From positions 1 to 29,397 of IMG/VR virus record IMGVR_UViG_3300035396_001150: a stretch of DNA of 29,397 bases. One strand, written 5' to 3'. Below the pieces are notes generated by a model. It searched no databases and was not told where the DNA came from. It saw nothing but the letters and a program-made list of their open reading frames with translations. Below, in pieces: positions 15,313 to 25,262 of the stretch. The DNA is from a virus (lineage: Duplodnaviria > Caudoviricetes). Positions within the stretch are counted from its first letter, which is position 1. Every line of letters starts with the position of its first letter. Position numbers and translations under genes: made by a program.

Positions 15313-18300
15313 ATGTCAAGATTAGAATCAGGTAATATTATTTTTGAAGGAAAGCAATATACTATTGGAGAGTATAGAAGCATGATATCTGCTCGTAGTT
15401 TATATAATTTCAATAATGAATATGAAATTACTGGTGATGCAAATAGTCTTGTATATAAATCGTTAAAGATTAATTCAAATGTATCAAATAGTATTAATAG
15501 TATTCTTGGTGTAATTCCTCAATGGCAGGGTATTAGTAATAAGACTTCAATATTAAATCGATTATTACCAAATCAAACACCTTTGGCTGAAATTGGTACT
15601 ATTATGTTGGCACAACAGTTCTTTTATAACTCAATGGCTCACCTTGCTCAACAAAATTTACCTTCTCTTGATTTAAACAAGGCACTTCAAGGTAAAAATC
15701 CATTTAGTAGAAATGTAAATTGGTCAATCACAGATAAAGACGATAATAATAAAAGTTTTCTCGATAAGGTTGGTGGATTTGTAAGTAATACATTTTTTAA
15801 CACAAATACTATTGGTACACCACCTGATATTACTACCAATTCAGAATTAATTAAAAATACTGGTAAGGCACAATTAAGTAAATTTTATGAAAATATAAAT
15901 CTTAATTTATATAGACAAGTTAGTACAGGTGGAATTGAAGATAGTAGTGATACCATAATTAAATATGCATTAATTGCTACTGGTGACCCATTAGTAACAA
16001 GAGAAAGAATTAAGAATATTGATAATAAGAAAACATTAAGTTTTAGTTTTGATGTAAAAGTTAATAATCCATATTTTAAAGATATTAGTGTAACTTCATC
16101 AGATTCTGTAAAATCTGCTAATGAATCAATGGTTAGGTCATATATGATTGATGCGAATTCAATGCAAATGTATGCACCTGATATTAATAGTGTTATTGCA
16201 TTTGGTAATACAGTTAAAAGTGGTTCAACTACAAATACATTAACAACTTTTATTAATACAAAACCTGCAGATGAATTGGATGAAATTAATAAACAAGAAA
16301 AATTAATTTGGGGTAGAGACGGACTTATTAATGGTTCTGAAAATTATATTGCACAACTACGTGGTGATGATGATGCAATGGGAAATGGTAATAATGAGGC
16401 TGAAAGTATAGCATTGTTTGGAATTAAAAAAGGATTACTTGAATATACTAAAAATTTATTAAATGCTACAGAAGGAAAATTTGTTGATATAACAAGAAAA
16501 GCATTTAAAGATGGTAATGAAATTATTGGATTTAATGGTTCACCATTGTGGCAATCAAATGATAGTACATATTCACGTGCATCTAATACTGCAGGTAAAA
16601 CTGGTATTCGTCAACACACAATATTAGACCCTTATAATAGGTTTGCAAAAGCAATTCGTTTTAACGGTAATAATGTTTATGGTGGTAATCCAAATTCTGT
16701 AATTTATGATACAGTATTGCCAAGAATTCATCCAACTAAAGATGATAATGGTATTGGTATTAACAATAAAAATTTGATGTTTAGTATCGAGAATCTTGCG
16801 ATTGGCACGATTAAACGAGATACTTATGGAGTTATTGATGATGAGTGGGGAACTGCAATACCATTGAGTGAGGTGGGACCGTTCGCTGGTCGCTTGATGT
16901 GGTTTCCACCATATGACCTACAACTTAATGAAACTGCGAGTGCAAAATTTGACTCAACAGTAATGGTTGGTAGAAATGAACCCATGTATAATTATCAGAA
17001 TTCTGAAAGAACTGCAACACTTAGTTTTACACTTCTTATTGATTATCCTGAACAACTAAGAAATTATATTAGTTCAAGTAATGATAAAAACAAGACTATT
17101 GCAGATTTCTTTGCTTTTGGTGGCGACCCATTACCTAATGAACAAACAATTTTGGAATATACAAAACAAATTGAGATACTTAAAAAAAGCATTCCCGAAA
17201 TGGAAGGACCTGTCAAACAAACAGAACCAAATAAAATACCACCAATAGCACCAATGTCAGTGTATTTTCCTAATGATACACCAAGTGGAAATACTATCAA
17301 TACCATCATTGATGACATGTATAATGACCCAAGACATTATGAAATTATTGTTGGTTGTGAATCACAGCAGGATGGGAATGGATTTGGATTAAATGAAGAT
17401 ATTTATTATCGTGAAGGACTTGCTGATTTAGGTGGAGGTGCATGGTTACTTACAGGATATACATCACAATATAATGTAGGTGATGTTAAAGACCAATTAG
17501 GTGATTGTAAATTAAATAAGGCATTAAAATATACTTTCACGGATAAAGAAAACTTAAAATATTATAGTATTACAATCGAAGGTCGTGCATCAAAACTTTA
17601 TTTAAATAAAAATCAAGAAGCATATAATAAAGCATTGGGTCAACGAAGAATTGAGGCTACTGCAAAATTTGTGAAAAGTAGATTAAAGGCAATTTTTCCT
17701 GATTTACAAGATGCTGATTTAAATAATGTTATAATTAAGAAACAAAGTATTGGTAGTGAAGGTGGTAGTGTGGAGGGTGAAAAGCCAGAAAATATGGCAT
17801 TAGAAGATGTAAAAAAAGAGAGAAGTGCTACAATTACTATTGCAAGAAATAATGTTAGTGTTGCTGATAAAAAACAAACCACTAACCAAAGTGATGATAA
17901 AGACATTGCTAAAATAAAAACCGAAATTGAATATCTCACACAAAAAGTTGCTGAACTACAAAACGTTCTCAGTGATAATATTATGAATAAGAGAAATAAA
18001 GATAAGGATGCAATACTTTATGGATATACTTCAATTAGTGGTGATTATTTTTATCCAGCATTTCATTCTCAGACACCTGAAGAATTTCACCGAAGACTGA
18101 CATTCTTACAACAGTGTGTTAGACAGGGTGCTGCAAAACGTTATGATGTAATTGAAAATGGTGAGCTACGTGCAAGAAATTCTGTATTTGGAAGACAACC
18201 TATCTGTATTTTAAGAGTTGGTGATTTCTTGTACACAAAAGTTGTGATTGATAATGTTACATTTGATTATAATGAAACTACTTGGGATACCAATCCAGAA

Positions 18301-18573
18301 GGTTTTGGTATGCAACCAATGATTGCAAAAGTAACGTTACAAATGAAGGTAATTGGTGGTCAATCGTTGAAAGGACCTATCGATGCACTTCAAAACGCAG
18401 CATCTTTCAACTATTACGCAAACTCTACATTTTCAAGCAATGGAATGTATAGCCGTCCATCAAGTGTTGCAGACAATCAGGACACTTACATGCATGGTAT
18501 TAATGGTAATACTGGTATTGTTGGTGAGAAGACCAAGGCAATGACTACTGCATATGAAAATCTAAAAAAATAA
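15313..18573 (+). CDS. Large baseplate/tail-tube-initiator-like protein with an inserted OmpA-like domain
   Basis: Tube-initiator-like motifs WFPPYDL...VGRNEPMYNYQNSERTATLSF and PICILRVGD...IDNVTFDY...WD...QPMIAKVTL flank an OmpA-C-like segment (VYFPND, IEGRAS, YNKALGQRR, ERSATITI). Confidence 0.7.
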   Translation: MSRLESGNIIFEGKQYTIGEYRSMISARSLYNFNNEYEITGDANSLVYKSLKINSNVSNSINSILGVIPQWQGISNKTSILNRLLPNQTPLAEIGTIMLAQQFFYNSMAHLAQQNLPSLDLNKALQGKNPFSRNVNWSITDKDDNNKSFLDKVGGFVSNTFFNTNTIGTPPDITTNSELIKNTGKAQLSKFYENINLNLYRQVSTGGIEDSSDTIIKYALIATGDPLVTRERIKNIDNKKTLSFSFDVKVNNPYFKDISVTSSDSVKSANESMVRSYMIDANSMQMYAPDINSVIAFGNTVKSGSTTNTLTTFINTKPADELDEINKQEKLIWGRDGLINGSENYIAQLRGDDDAMGNGNNEAESIALFGIKKGLLEYTKNLLNATEGKFVDITRKAFKDGNEIIGFNGSPLWQSNDSTYSRASNTAGKTGIRQHTILDPYNRFAKAIRFNGNNVYGGNPNSVIYDTVLPRIHPTKDDNGIGINNKNLMFSIENLAIGTIKRDTYGVIDDEWGTAIPLSEVGPFAGRLMWFPPYDLQLNETASAKFDSTVMVGRNEPMYNYQNSERTATLSFTLLIDYPEQLRNYISSSNDKNKTIADFFAFGGDPLPNEQTILEYTKQIEILKKSIPEMEGPVKQTEPNKIPPIAPMSVYFPNDTPSGNTINTIIDDMYNDPRHYEIIVGCESQQDGNGFGLNEDIYYREGLADLGGGAWLLTGYTSQYNVGDVKDQLGDCKLNKALKYTFTDKENLKYYSITIEGRASKLYLNKNQEAYNKALGQRRIEATAKFVKSRLKAIFPDLQDADLNNVIIKKQSIGSEGGSVEGEKPENMALEDVKKERSATITIARNNVSVADKKQTTNQSDDKDIAKIKTEIEYLTQKVAELQNVLSDNIMNKRNKDKDAILYGYTSISGDYFYPAFHSQTPEEFHRRLTFLQQCVRQGAAKRYDVIENGELRARNSVFGRQPICILRVGDFLYTKVVIDNVTFDYNETTWDTNPEGFGMQPMIAKVTLQMKVIGGQSLKGPIDALQNAASFNYYANSTFSSNGMYSRPSSVADNQDTYMHGINGNTGIVGEKTKAMTTAYENLKK

Positions 18574-18576
18574 GAA

Positions 18577-18888
18577 ATGCCATACAACGATTATAAAAGA
18601 TACGAGTTATTAACAAACGCCAATGGTGTAATTGAACCAATGCCGTTTGTTAATCTACCAATTAACTCAAGTGATAAATATGAGTATTGGAATACCGAAT
18701 TTAGTAGGTTAGATAAAATCAGTCAGAAATACTACGGAAATCCATTCTACGATTTCCTAATACTCTATGCCAATAATGTGTATGTAAATGAATTTGATAT
18801 ACCAGATGGTGAGTTAATCAGAATACCATTTCCATTGTCTAAAGCAATTGGGGATTACGAATCAATATTAAGTAACTACAAAATTTAA
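18577..18888 (+). CDS. LysM-like baseplate wedge protein (gp53/gpX-like)
   Basis: RLDKISQKYYGNPFYDFLILYAN...IPDGELIRIP is the LysM-like pattern of baseplate proteins. Confidence 0.85.
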   Translation: MPYNDYKRYELLTNANGVIEPMPFVNLPINSSDKYEYWNTEFSRLDKISQKYYGNPFYDFLILYANNVYVNEFDIPDGELIRIPFPLSKAIGDYESILSNYKI

Positions 18889-18894
18889 AAATCC

Positions 18895-18925
18895 TTGACA
18901 TTTTAATTAATATTAGTTAGATTTG
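18895..18925 (+). promoter_or_regulatory. Bacteroidota-type sigma-A promoter for the glycan operon (-33 TTG / -7 TAGATTTG)
   Basis: TTG 18895-18897, 20-nt spacer, TAGATTTG(CA) 18918-18925, 20 nt before ATG 18946. Confidence 0.75.
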
Positions 18926-18945
18926 CAGTTGCATAATATGTAACT

Positions 18946-20421
18946 ATGAAAAATAATATCGTTGTAGTATTTTCCTCACATTTGTCAGAAGAAGAAAATC
19001 AAAATTTCATCAAACACATTGATGATACCATTGGTGCTAAACATAAGGTCGTTTGTTATCCAAATCTAAATCAATTCAGTCTACCTCAAGTTTATAACGA
19101 TGCAATTAAAAACCACACGGTTGATAATTGCATTTTTGTTATGTGTCACAACGACATTGTAATTAAAACCAAGAATTGGGGGCAGACCCTTATAGCCAAG
19201 TTTAATAATCTAAACTACGATATTATTGGCGTTGCTGGTAGCACATATTTGCCAGCATCTGGCGTTTGGTGGGAAGACCGCACAAAAATGTGTGGAATTG
19301 TTGAGCATACGAATGGTCTGACTTCATGGGTTAACGAGTATTCAGCACCAATACTTGGTGTAAAAGAAACAGTATTAATTGATGGATTATTCATGTCATT
19401 TGACCCAGAAACAATCGTACATCAATTCGATGAAGACTTCAAGGGATTCCACATGTATGACCTTAGTTTTTGTGTACCCAACTATTTGGATGGTTGTAAC
19501 ATAGGTGTAACTACTTCAATTAGAATTTTACATAAGTCAATTGGTGAAACTAACCCACAATGGGAAGCCAATAGGCAACAATTGGTTAGCACGTATTCCA
19601 ATGAATTGCCAATAGCTTTGCCACCTGAAGTTAAAGACCTTAAAATTAAGCTGACTTCAAAACCCAAAGTAACTGTCGTGATTCCAACAAAGAATAATCT
19701 ACGATATATTTCAAACAACATCAATTCTTGGAATGAAAATGTTGATTACGATAATTATGAGATACTTATTGCCGACACTGGCAGTAGTCAGGATGTGATT
19801 GATAGTTATTCAGAGTTCCTGAGTGACAGGGTTAAATTAATTAGGTACGATTGGTATAATTTCGCCAAAATCAACAACGATATGGTGAAGAATCACGTAA
19901 GTACGGACACTGAATTAGTGTTATTCTGTAATGATGATGTAAAACTATTAAATGATGTTCTGAGTAGATGTGTTGAAATTTACAATGATAATCAGGCAAC
20001 TGTGGGTACTATTGGAATCAGATTGCACTATGGAGATTCGAGTGTACAACACAATGGAATAATCATGGGTTTCGATAGGTCAAATCAACTAAGACTATCA
20101 CATAAGGATATTCGTAAATCTGAGGGTTATTTTACTGGAGTTAATTACAACTCATTTGGAAATACTGGAGGGTTCATGCTAATAAATAAAGTATTGTTTG
20201 AATCATATGGTGGATTTAATGAGGAATACATTGAATGTCTTGAAGATGTTGAATTAAATCTTAAGTGCAGGCATCAAGGTCTTAAAAACATAACTATCAG
20301 TGATGCAGTGGCATACCATTATGAATCTGTTAGTAGAAATAAATTATCTGGAATGAACGATAGATTTGCAGTTGATTTTGAAAGATTACTACTATTTATC
20401 GAAAAACATATTAAATTATGA
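18946..20421 (+). CDS. Two-domain glycosyltransferase (two GT-A/family 2-like domains)
   Basis: Domain 1: YNDAI, MCHND, IIGVAGS, IDGLFM, FDEDFKGFHMYD. Domain 2: VTVVIPTKN, IADTGS, YNFAKINN, LFCNDD, VQHNGI, TGGFML, GGFNEEY, EDVELNL, HYESVSR. Confidence 0.9.
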   Translation: MKNNIVVVFSSHLSEEENQNFIKHIDDTIGAKHKVVCYPNLNQFSLPQVYNDAIKNHTVDNCIFVMCHNDIVIKTKNWGQTLIAKFNNLNYDIIGVAGSTYLPASGVWWEDRTKMCGIVEHTNGLTSWVNEYSAPILGVKETVLIDGLFMSFDPETIVHQFDEDFKGFHMYDLSFCVPNYLDGCNIGVTTSIRILHKSIGETNPQWEANRQQLVSTYSNELPIALPPEVKDLKIKLTSKPKVTVVIPTKNNLRYISNNINSWNENVDYDNYEILIADTGSSQDVIDSYSEFLSDRVKLIRYDWYNFAKINNDMVKNHVSTDTELVLFCNDDVKLLNDVLSRCVEIYNDNQATVGTIGIRLHYGDSSVQHNGIIMGFDRSNQLRLSHKDIRKSEGYFTGVNYNSFGNTGGFMLINKVLFESYGGFNEEYIECLEDVELNLKCRHQGLKNITISDAVAYHYESVSRNKLSGMNDRFAVDFERLLLFIEKHIKL

Positions 20422-21236
20422 GTAAATTTAGTGTAAGTTATAATGTTTTTGATGGTGTAGAACTGCTCGAAGACTCAATTAATCACATAAGAAGTGTAGT
20501 CGACCACATATCAATTGTTTTTCAGACCACATCGTATTGGGGAAATAAATTAACTCAGAAGGAAATTGATATAGTACAGTCGTTATATGAGAGAAAACTT
20601 GTTGACGATTTATATGTGTATGAAAACAATAATAAAATCGCAATTCACGAGAATCAATTAAATAAAAGAAATCTTGGAATTGAAATTGCGAAAAAGAATG
20701 GTTGCACACATTACATGACAGTTGATTGTGATGAATTTTACGTTACATCGGAGTTTAAATCATTAATTGATTTTCATAAACAAAATCCTGAACATATTTC
20801 GTATCTTCCACTCATTGCCTATTATAAAGATACGAAGTACATGATAAATCCAATCAATTATATGGATGGCGATTTATATGTTAGTGGATTTTTCCCTGTT
20901 AAGTATGAATTAATCATGAATTTTCCAATGTCAATTAAGGTTGACCCTACGAGAAAAGTTGGAACATATGACTCAACAATCATTAAATTGTTTAAGAAGT
21001 TTGAAATTAAAATGCATCACCTGAGTTATGTGAGAGCAGACATCTTTCAAAAGGTAAATAATGCACCGTCAAAATTAAGATATGGTGATAGACCAGATTT
21101 TTTTAATAAAATTGTTGATTGTTATAATAATTTTGAACGTGATGGTATCGCAATTTCTGCAGATGGTAAACAATATGAGATAATTATGGTTACCCCTGAA
21201 GTAAGTTTAAATAAATATTACGAACTAATTAAATAA
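20418..21236 (+). CDS. Putative glycosyltransferase (GT-A, family 2-like)
   Basis: KRNLGIEIAK, YMTVDCDEFY (DxD) and MHHLSYVR; ATGA overlap with the upstream gene. Confidence 0.75.
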   Translation: MSKFSVSYNVFDGVELLEDSINHIRSVVDHISIVFQTTSYWGNKLTQKEIDIVQSLYERKLVDDLYVYENNNKIAIHENQLNKRNLGIEIAKKNGCTHYMTVDCDEFYVTSEFKSLIDFHKQNPEHISYLPLIAYYKDTKYMINPINYMDGDLYVSGFFPVKYELIMNFPMSIKVDPTRKVGTYDSTIIKLFKKFEIKMHHLSYVRADIFQKVNNAPSKLRYGDRPDFFNKIVDCYNNFERDGIAISADGKQYEIIMVTPEVSLNKYYELIK

Positions 21237-21238
21237 CT

Positions 21239-21973
21239 ATGATAAGTGTAATCTTAAACGTATATAAACGACCATATACACTCGAACGTCAAATTGAGGC
21301 AATAATGAATCAGTCAGTTTCAATTAAACCTGAGAATATTCATGTGTGGTATAATAAATGTGATGCTGTACAATATTTTCCTAAAGATGCTAATATAAAA
21401 ACATATGCATGTAATTGGAACACCAAATTTTTTGGAAGATTTACATTACCATTATTGATTAGAACGCCATATGTTGCAATGTTTGATGATGATACTATTC
21501 CACAGAAAGATTGGTTTAAGAATTGTTTAGAAACTATTGAGAAACCAGACTTTAATGGTATTCTTGGTGGTAGTGGTGTTGTGCTTCATCAAAAATCATA
21601 TATACCTTCAAGTAAAATAGGCTGGAATTCACAACACTTAGATATACCAGCAAGAGTTGATTTAGTTGGACACGCATGGTTTTTTAGACAAGAATGGGCG
21701 AAGTATTTGTGGTATGAAGAACCACATTCTTGGGATAATGGTGAGGATATCATGTTTTCGTATTTAGCTCAAAAATATGGTGGAATTAATACTTTTGTTC
21801 CACCACATCCAGAAAACAATAAAGACTTATGGAGTTCAGATTGGAATGTTGGAAATGAATTGGGTGGTGATGATAATGCATCATTTAAAATTGGCAATCA
21901 CTATACTGAGAGAGATAATATTTGCATACATTGTATAAATAATGGGTGGAAGACAGTAAATAACATAAAATGA
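21239..21973 (+). CDS. Glycosyltransferase (GT-A)
   Basis: MISVILNVYKR, FFGRF, YVAMFDDD, VDLVGHAWFF and GEDIMFS. Confidence 0.8.
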   Translation: MISVILNVYKRPYTLERQIEAIMNQSVSIKPENIHVWYNKCDAVQYFPKDANIKTYACNWNTKFFGRFTLPLLIRTPYVAMFDDDTIPQKDWFKNCLETIEKPDFNGILGGSGVVLHQKSYIPSSKIGWNSQHLDIPARVDLVGHAWFFRQEWAKYLWYEEPHSWDNGEDIMFSYLAQKYGGINTFVPPHPENNKDLWSSDWNVGNELGGDDNASFKIGNHYTERDNICIHCINNGWKTVNNIK

Positions 21974-22695
21974 AAACATTTGATGGTGATTTTAGTAAGT
22001 TTTTAAATAAGATTAAGTCTGGTGAACATTTTTCATTATCTCGCTGGGGCGATGGTGAATTAACAATTCTCGAAGGTAGTTCAATTGATTTACGTTCTAA
22101 AGGTAATGGTGAGTTTAGATATGACCCTAATTTACCACAGTATGTGAAAATGAGAGAAAGATTAATCGAATCGTATGTCTTTCAAGACGATAATTATTAT
22201 ATTGGAATTGCATGTCCATGTTGTGTGGGTAATGAAAAATATGAATATATGAAGATTAAGTCGTGTCAAAAAGAAGAACAACTTACTTGGGCAAATATAT
22301 TTGTTAATTCAAATTATCGAAAAACAATCACTGAACTTATTCCAGAATTGTGTAATCATAAGGTAAATCTTGTTGTAAATAAAAATTCTAAATTAGATAA
22401 TCTTCCATTTAAACCAAATTCTGTAATATTTGTCGGAACTGATGCATGGTATGAAAATTTTAATCTGGGTTCACATTTTGTTGAGCATATCATTATGAAT
22501 AATATTGAAAATGAAGTATTTCTTTTCGCTGCAGGTCCTTTAGCTAATATACTTACATATGAATTATGGAAGTATGGTAGTAAGAAAAATACATATATTG
22601 ATATTGGTTCTATATTAGACGAGTATTTACAATTAGAAATAACACGGGGTTATCAATTAGGTGCTCCCACATTAAATAAAGTTTGTGTATGGTGA
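21970..22695 (+). CDS. GT-D fold (DUF1792-like) glycosyltransferase
   Basis: FSLSRWGDGE, LFAAGPLANIL and YIDIGSILD match GT-D motifs (SxxRxGDGE ... GPxA ... IDIG). Confidence 0.75.
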   Translation: MKTFDGDFSKFLNKIKSGEHFSLSRWGDGELTILEGSSIDLRSKGNGEFRYDPNLPQYVKMRERLIESYVFQDDNYYIGIACPCCVGNEKYEYMKIKSCQKEEQLTWANIFVNSNYRKTITELIPELCNHKVNLVVNKNSKLDNLPFKPNSVIFVGTDAWYENFNLGSHFVEHIIMNNIENEVFLFAAGPLANILTYELWKYGSKKNTYIDIGSILDEYLQLEITRGYQLGAPTLNKVCVW

Positions 22696-23324
22696 AAATC
22701 GAAAAATATCAAAATGATGGGTGGGGGTTGTCTAAGAAATGTTTTCTTGATATATTCAATATAATTAAGTCGTTAAAGTCAACTACAATAAATGTTGTTG
22801 AATTTGGTTCAGGAATATCTACAGAATTTTTTGTCGATTTAATATCCGATGGATATGATGTGCATATAACTTCGTTTGATAATGATGAACAGTTTGCAAC
22901 CAAGATTAGGCACAATAATTTAAATTTACACATAACAGATTTAATTGAATGTTATGATAGTGATTTTGATAAACTTTTCCAGCAAAAAATATTTGATAGA
23001 CGAATGTTTTTTAAAAAAATATCTCCAGTTAATACACGTCAAACATCAACATTTTATGATGTATCAGAAGAACAATTACCAAAAGTAATTAATGTTATGG
23101 TAGTTGACGGACCTCATGGAAATGGTAGAAGTATTGCATTTTTACTTGGAAAAAATAGATTACTCAGTGGTTCATTTGTTGTTATTGATGATTACAACCA
23201 TTATGACTTTGTAAATAAATTTCAAATCATATTCCCAGAATCGTCATTAGTATTTGAATCAACGTCTGATTTAGAAAATAAATGGGAATCTGGTGGAAAC
23301 TATGTGATATATAGAATTGATTAA
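22689..23324 (+). CDS. Class I SAM-dependent methyltransferase
   Basis: VVEFGSGIST (motif I), MVVDGP and VVIDD; ATG 22689 preferred as start. Confidence 0.75.
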   Translation: MVKIEKYQNDGWGLSKKCFLDIFNIIKSLKSTTINVVEFGSGISTEFFVDLISDGYDVHITSFDNDEQFATKIRHNNLNLHITDLIECYDSDFDKLFQQKIFDRRMFFKKISPVNTRQTSTFYDVSEEQLPKVINVMVVDGPHGNGRSIAFLLGKNRLLSGSFVVIDDYNHYDFVNKFQIIFPESSLVFESTSDLENKWESGGNYVIYRID

Positions 23325-23325
23325 T

Positions 23326-23973
23326 ATGAAAATAGCATTCGCACATAATGTTTATAATCGATTAAAAACACTAAGAGAAACTATTCTCATAGAAAAAAAA
23401 ATATTTCCAGAGTCACATGTTAGTGTAGCGTGTAATGATGTATTTGTCAATATTTTTCAAGATATAAGTAATTTTAGTGTAGTATCTTTTAATGAAAAAC
23501 CACATAAGATTGGATGTGTTAATGGCTTAATCCTTTCAATACAAAATATATTGAATCAAGATTTTGATGTTTTAATATTTTCACATGATGATGTGAGAAT
23601 TAATTTAAATAATGTTGATATAGTAAAATCACATATCAATGATATATTAACAAATAAGTATGATGTTATTTGTAGAAAACCAATTGAAAATTGGGGTGAC
23701 AATTATTATTTAATGGAAGTTATTATAATGTCAAAAAGTGCTGCAATTAAATTATTTTCAACATTGATGCCACTATCACATGAAAGTCAAATTTCCAAAG
23801 ACATTAAAGATTCAATATCACCAGAAGTATATCTATATGAGTTGTTAAACAACAAAGATTTAAAAATTAATGAGGTTAAATATGCTCATGAAACATTGAC
23901 ATATAATAATACACTTAGCAATACAATGGGATTTATTCATTTAAATGCTGGTGATAGGGGGTGGAGGGATTAA
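23326..23973 (+). CDS. Putative glycosyltransferase (divergent GT-A)
   Basis: MKIAF...YNR at the N-terminus and FDVLIFSHDD (HxD/DxD region); operon context. ATG 23326 preferred. Confidence 0.55.
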   Translation: MKIAFAHNVYNRLKTLRETILIEKKIFPESHVSVACNDVFVNIFQDISNFSVVSFNEKPHKIGCVNGLILSIQNILNQDFDVLIFSHDDVRINLNNVDIVKSHINDILTNKYDVICRKPIENWGDNYYLMEVIIMSKSAAIKLFSTLMPLSHESQISKDIKDSISPEVYLYELLNNKDLKINEVKYAHETLTYNNTLSNTMGFIHLNAGDRGWRD

Positions 23974-23975
23974 AC

Positions 23976-24602
23976 ATGACAAAACGAGAAGATTTTCAAA
24001 AATCATACTTCGATGGATTCAATAAATTAACAGGTGTTAGTGTAGAGGAATTGATGTCATATTACGATGAAGATAATTATGGTGGTTATCCTGAAGAACA
24101 GGGTGGTAGTATGTGGGAAAGCGAAGGAAAATCTATATATGTATTAATACGCATTTTAAAACCAAAAAAAATATTGGAAATTGGTAATTTTTTGGGTAGA
24201 AGTTCCAATCATATATTATCTGCTGTTGAGAAAAATGATGTTGGTGTAGTTACGCTTCTCGATATTCAAGAACGTATGGAATATGATAGATTACATTCCC
24301 AGAATTTTATTCGCATACTAAATGACTCATTAAATTTATTGTCTGAGCCATTTGAATATGATTTAATTATTCAAGACGGTGACCATACGTATCAACATGT
24401 GAAAAAAGAAATTGAGTTAATTCTTCAATATAATATGATAAATAAATATTATATCTGGGCACATGATTATTGGCAAAGAAGTAAACCTGAGCAATGTGGT
24501 GTTTGGCTTGCATGGGATGAACAAAAAAATAAATTTAACGAATTTCAATCATTTCGTGATTCTGTAAGTGATTGTGGATATTCAATTATTAAGAAAATTT
24601 AA
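23976..24602 (+). CDS. SAM-dependent methyltransferase (Methyltransf_24-like)
   Basis: KPKKILEIGNFLGRSS, DLIIQDGDHTY and AHDY; ATG 23976 preferred. Confidence 0.85.
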   Translation: MTKREDFQKSYFDGFNKLTGVSVEELMSYYDEDNYGGYPEEQGGSMWESEGKSIYVLIRILKPKKILEIGNFLGRSSNHILSAVEKNDVGVVTLLDIQERMEYDRLHSQNFIRILNDSLNLLSEPFEYDLIIQDGDHTYQHVKKEIELILQYNMINKYYIWAHDYWQRSKPEQCGVWLAWDEQKNKFNEFQSFRDSVSDCGYSIIKKI

Positions 24603-24605
24603 AAT

Positions 24606-25262
24606 ATGATAGTGGAATTTAAGTATCAAGATACACCAATAAAAATTACCTCACAAGATGGTGAGTGGATTGGCGAAAGAATAAGAAGAGATAATATGTT
24701 TTATGAAATTGATTTATTGCATTATATAAAATCAAGATTTAATGACGGTGTAGTTCTCGATATTGGTGCAAATATTGGAAATCATTCTATATTTTTTTCA
24801 AAATTTATATTTGAAAAAACATTTGCATTCGAAACAAATCCTACCAATTTTAACTTATTACTGGAAAATAAAAGAATCAATAATATTGGTGACGATAAAT
24901 TAATACTCAATAATATTGCAATATCGGATGGTAATTATAAATATGCAAATCATGATTTTCTCGGAAACATGGGAAGAAGTTTTATCGTAGAAGGTGATGG
25001 CGAGTTGATAACAAAAACATTGGATGATTTTGATTTACCTAAGATTGCATTAATTAAAATGGATGTTGAGGGACATGAATTAAAGGTGTTAAAAGGTGCA
25101 ATTAAATTGATTAATCGAGATTTTCCACATATTGTATTGGAGTGTAATAATTATAGTGATGATTTTGAAAGAGTGAATCCATATATGTTACAAATTGGTT
25201 ATAAAAACACAAAAGTAATTGATAATATGTTTTATTATGAGTATCAAGACATTTCAAAGTGA
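24606..25262 (+). CDS. FkbM-family methyltransferase
   Basis: VLDIGANIGNHS, AFE, TLDDF and IKMDVEGHELKVLKGA. Confidence 0.9.
   Translation: MIVEFKYQDTPIKITSQDGEWIGERIRRDNMFYEIDLLHYIKSRFNDGVVLDIGANIGNHSIFFSKFIFEKTFAFETNPTNFNLLLENKRINNIGDDKLILNNIAISDGNYKYANHDFLGNMGRSFIVEGDGELITKTLDDFDLPKIALIKMDVEGHELKVLKGAIKLINRDFPHIVLECNNYSDDFERVNPYMLQIGYKNTKVIDNMFYYEYQDISK

Noticed and set aside
1-18888. Bacterial eCIS, tailocin or T6SS locus rather than a phage
   Set aside because: PhoH, the sigma-like gene, the exonuclease, a phage-style late promoter and the absence of housekeeping genes or an eCIS AAA+ ATPase favour a phage genome, although no capsid genes fall within this window.
18895-18937. E. coli-type TTGACA...CATAAT promoter reading
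   Set aside because: The spacing is far too long for sigma-70; the Bacteroidota TTG-N20-TAnnTTTG reading fits.
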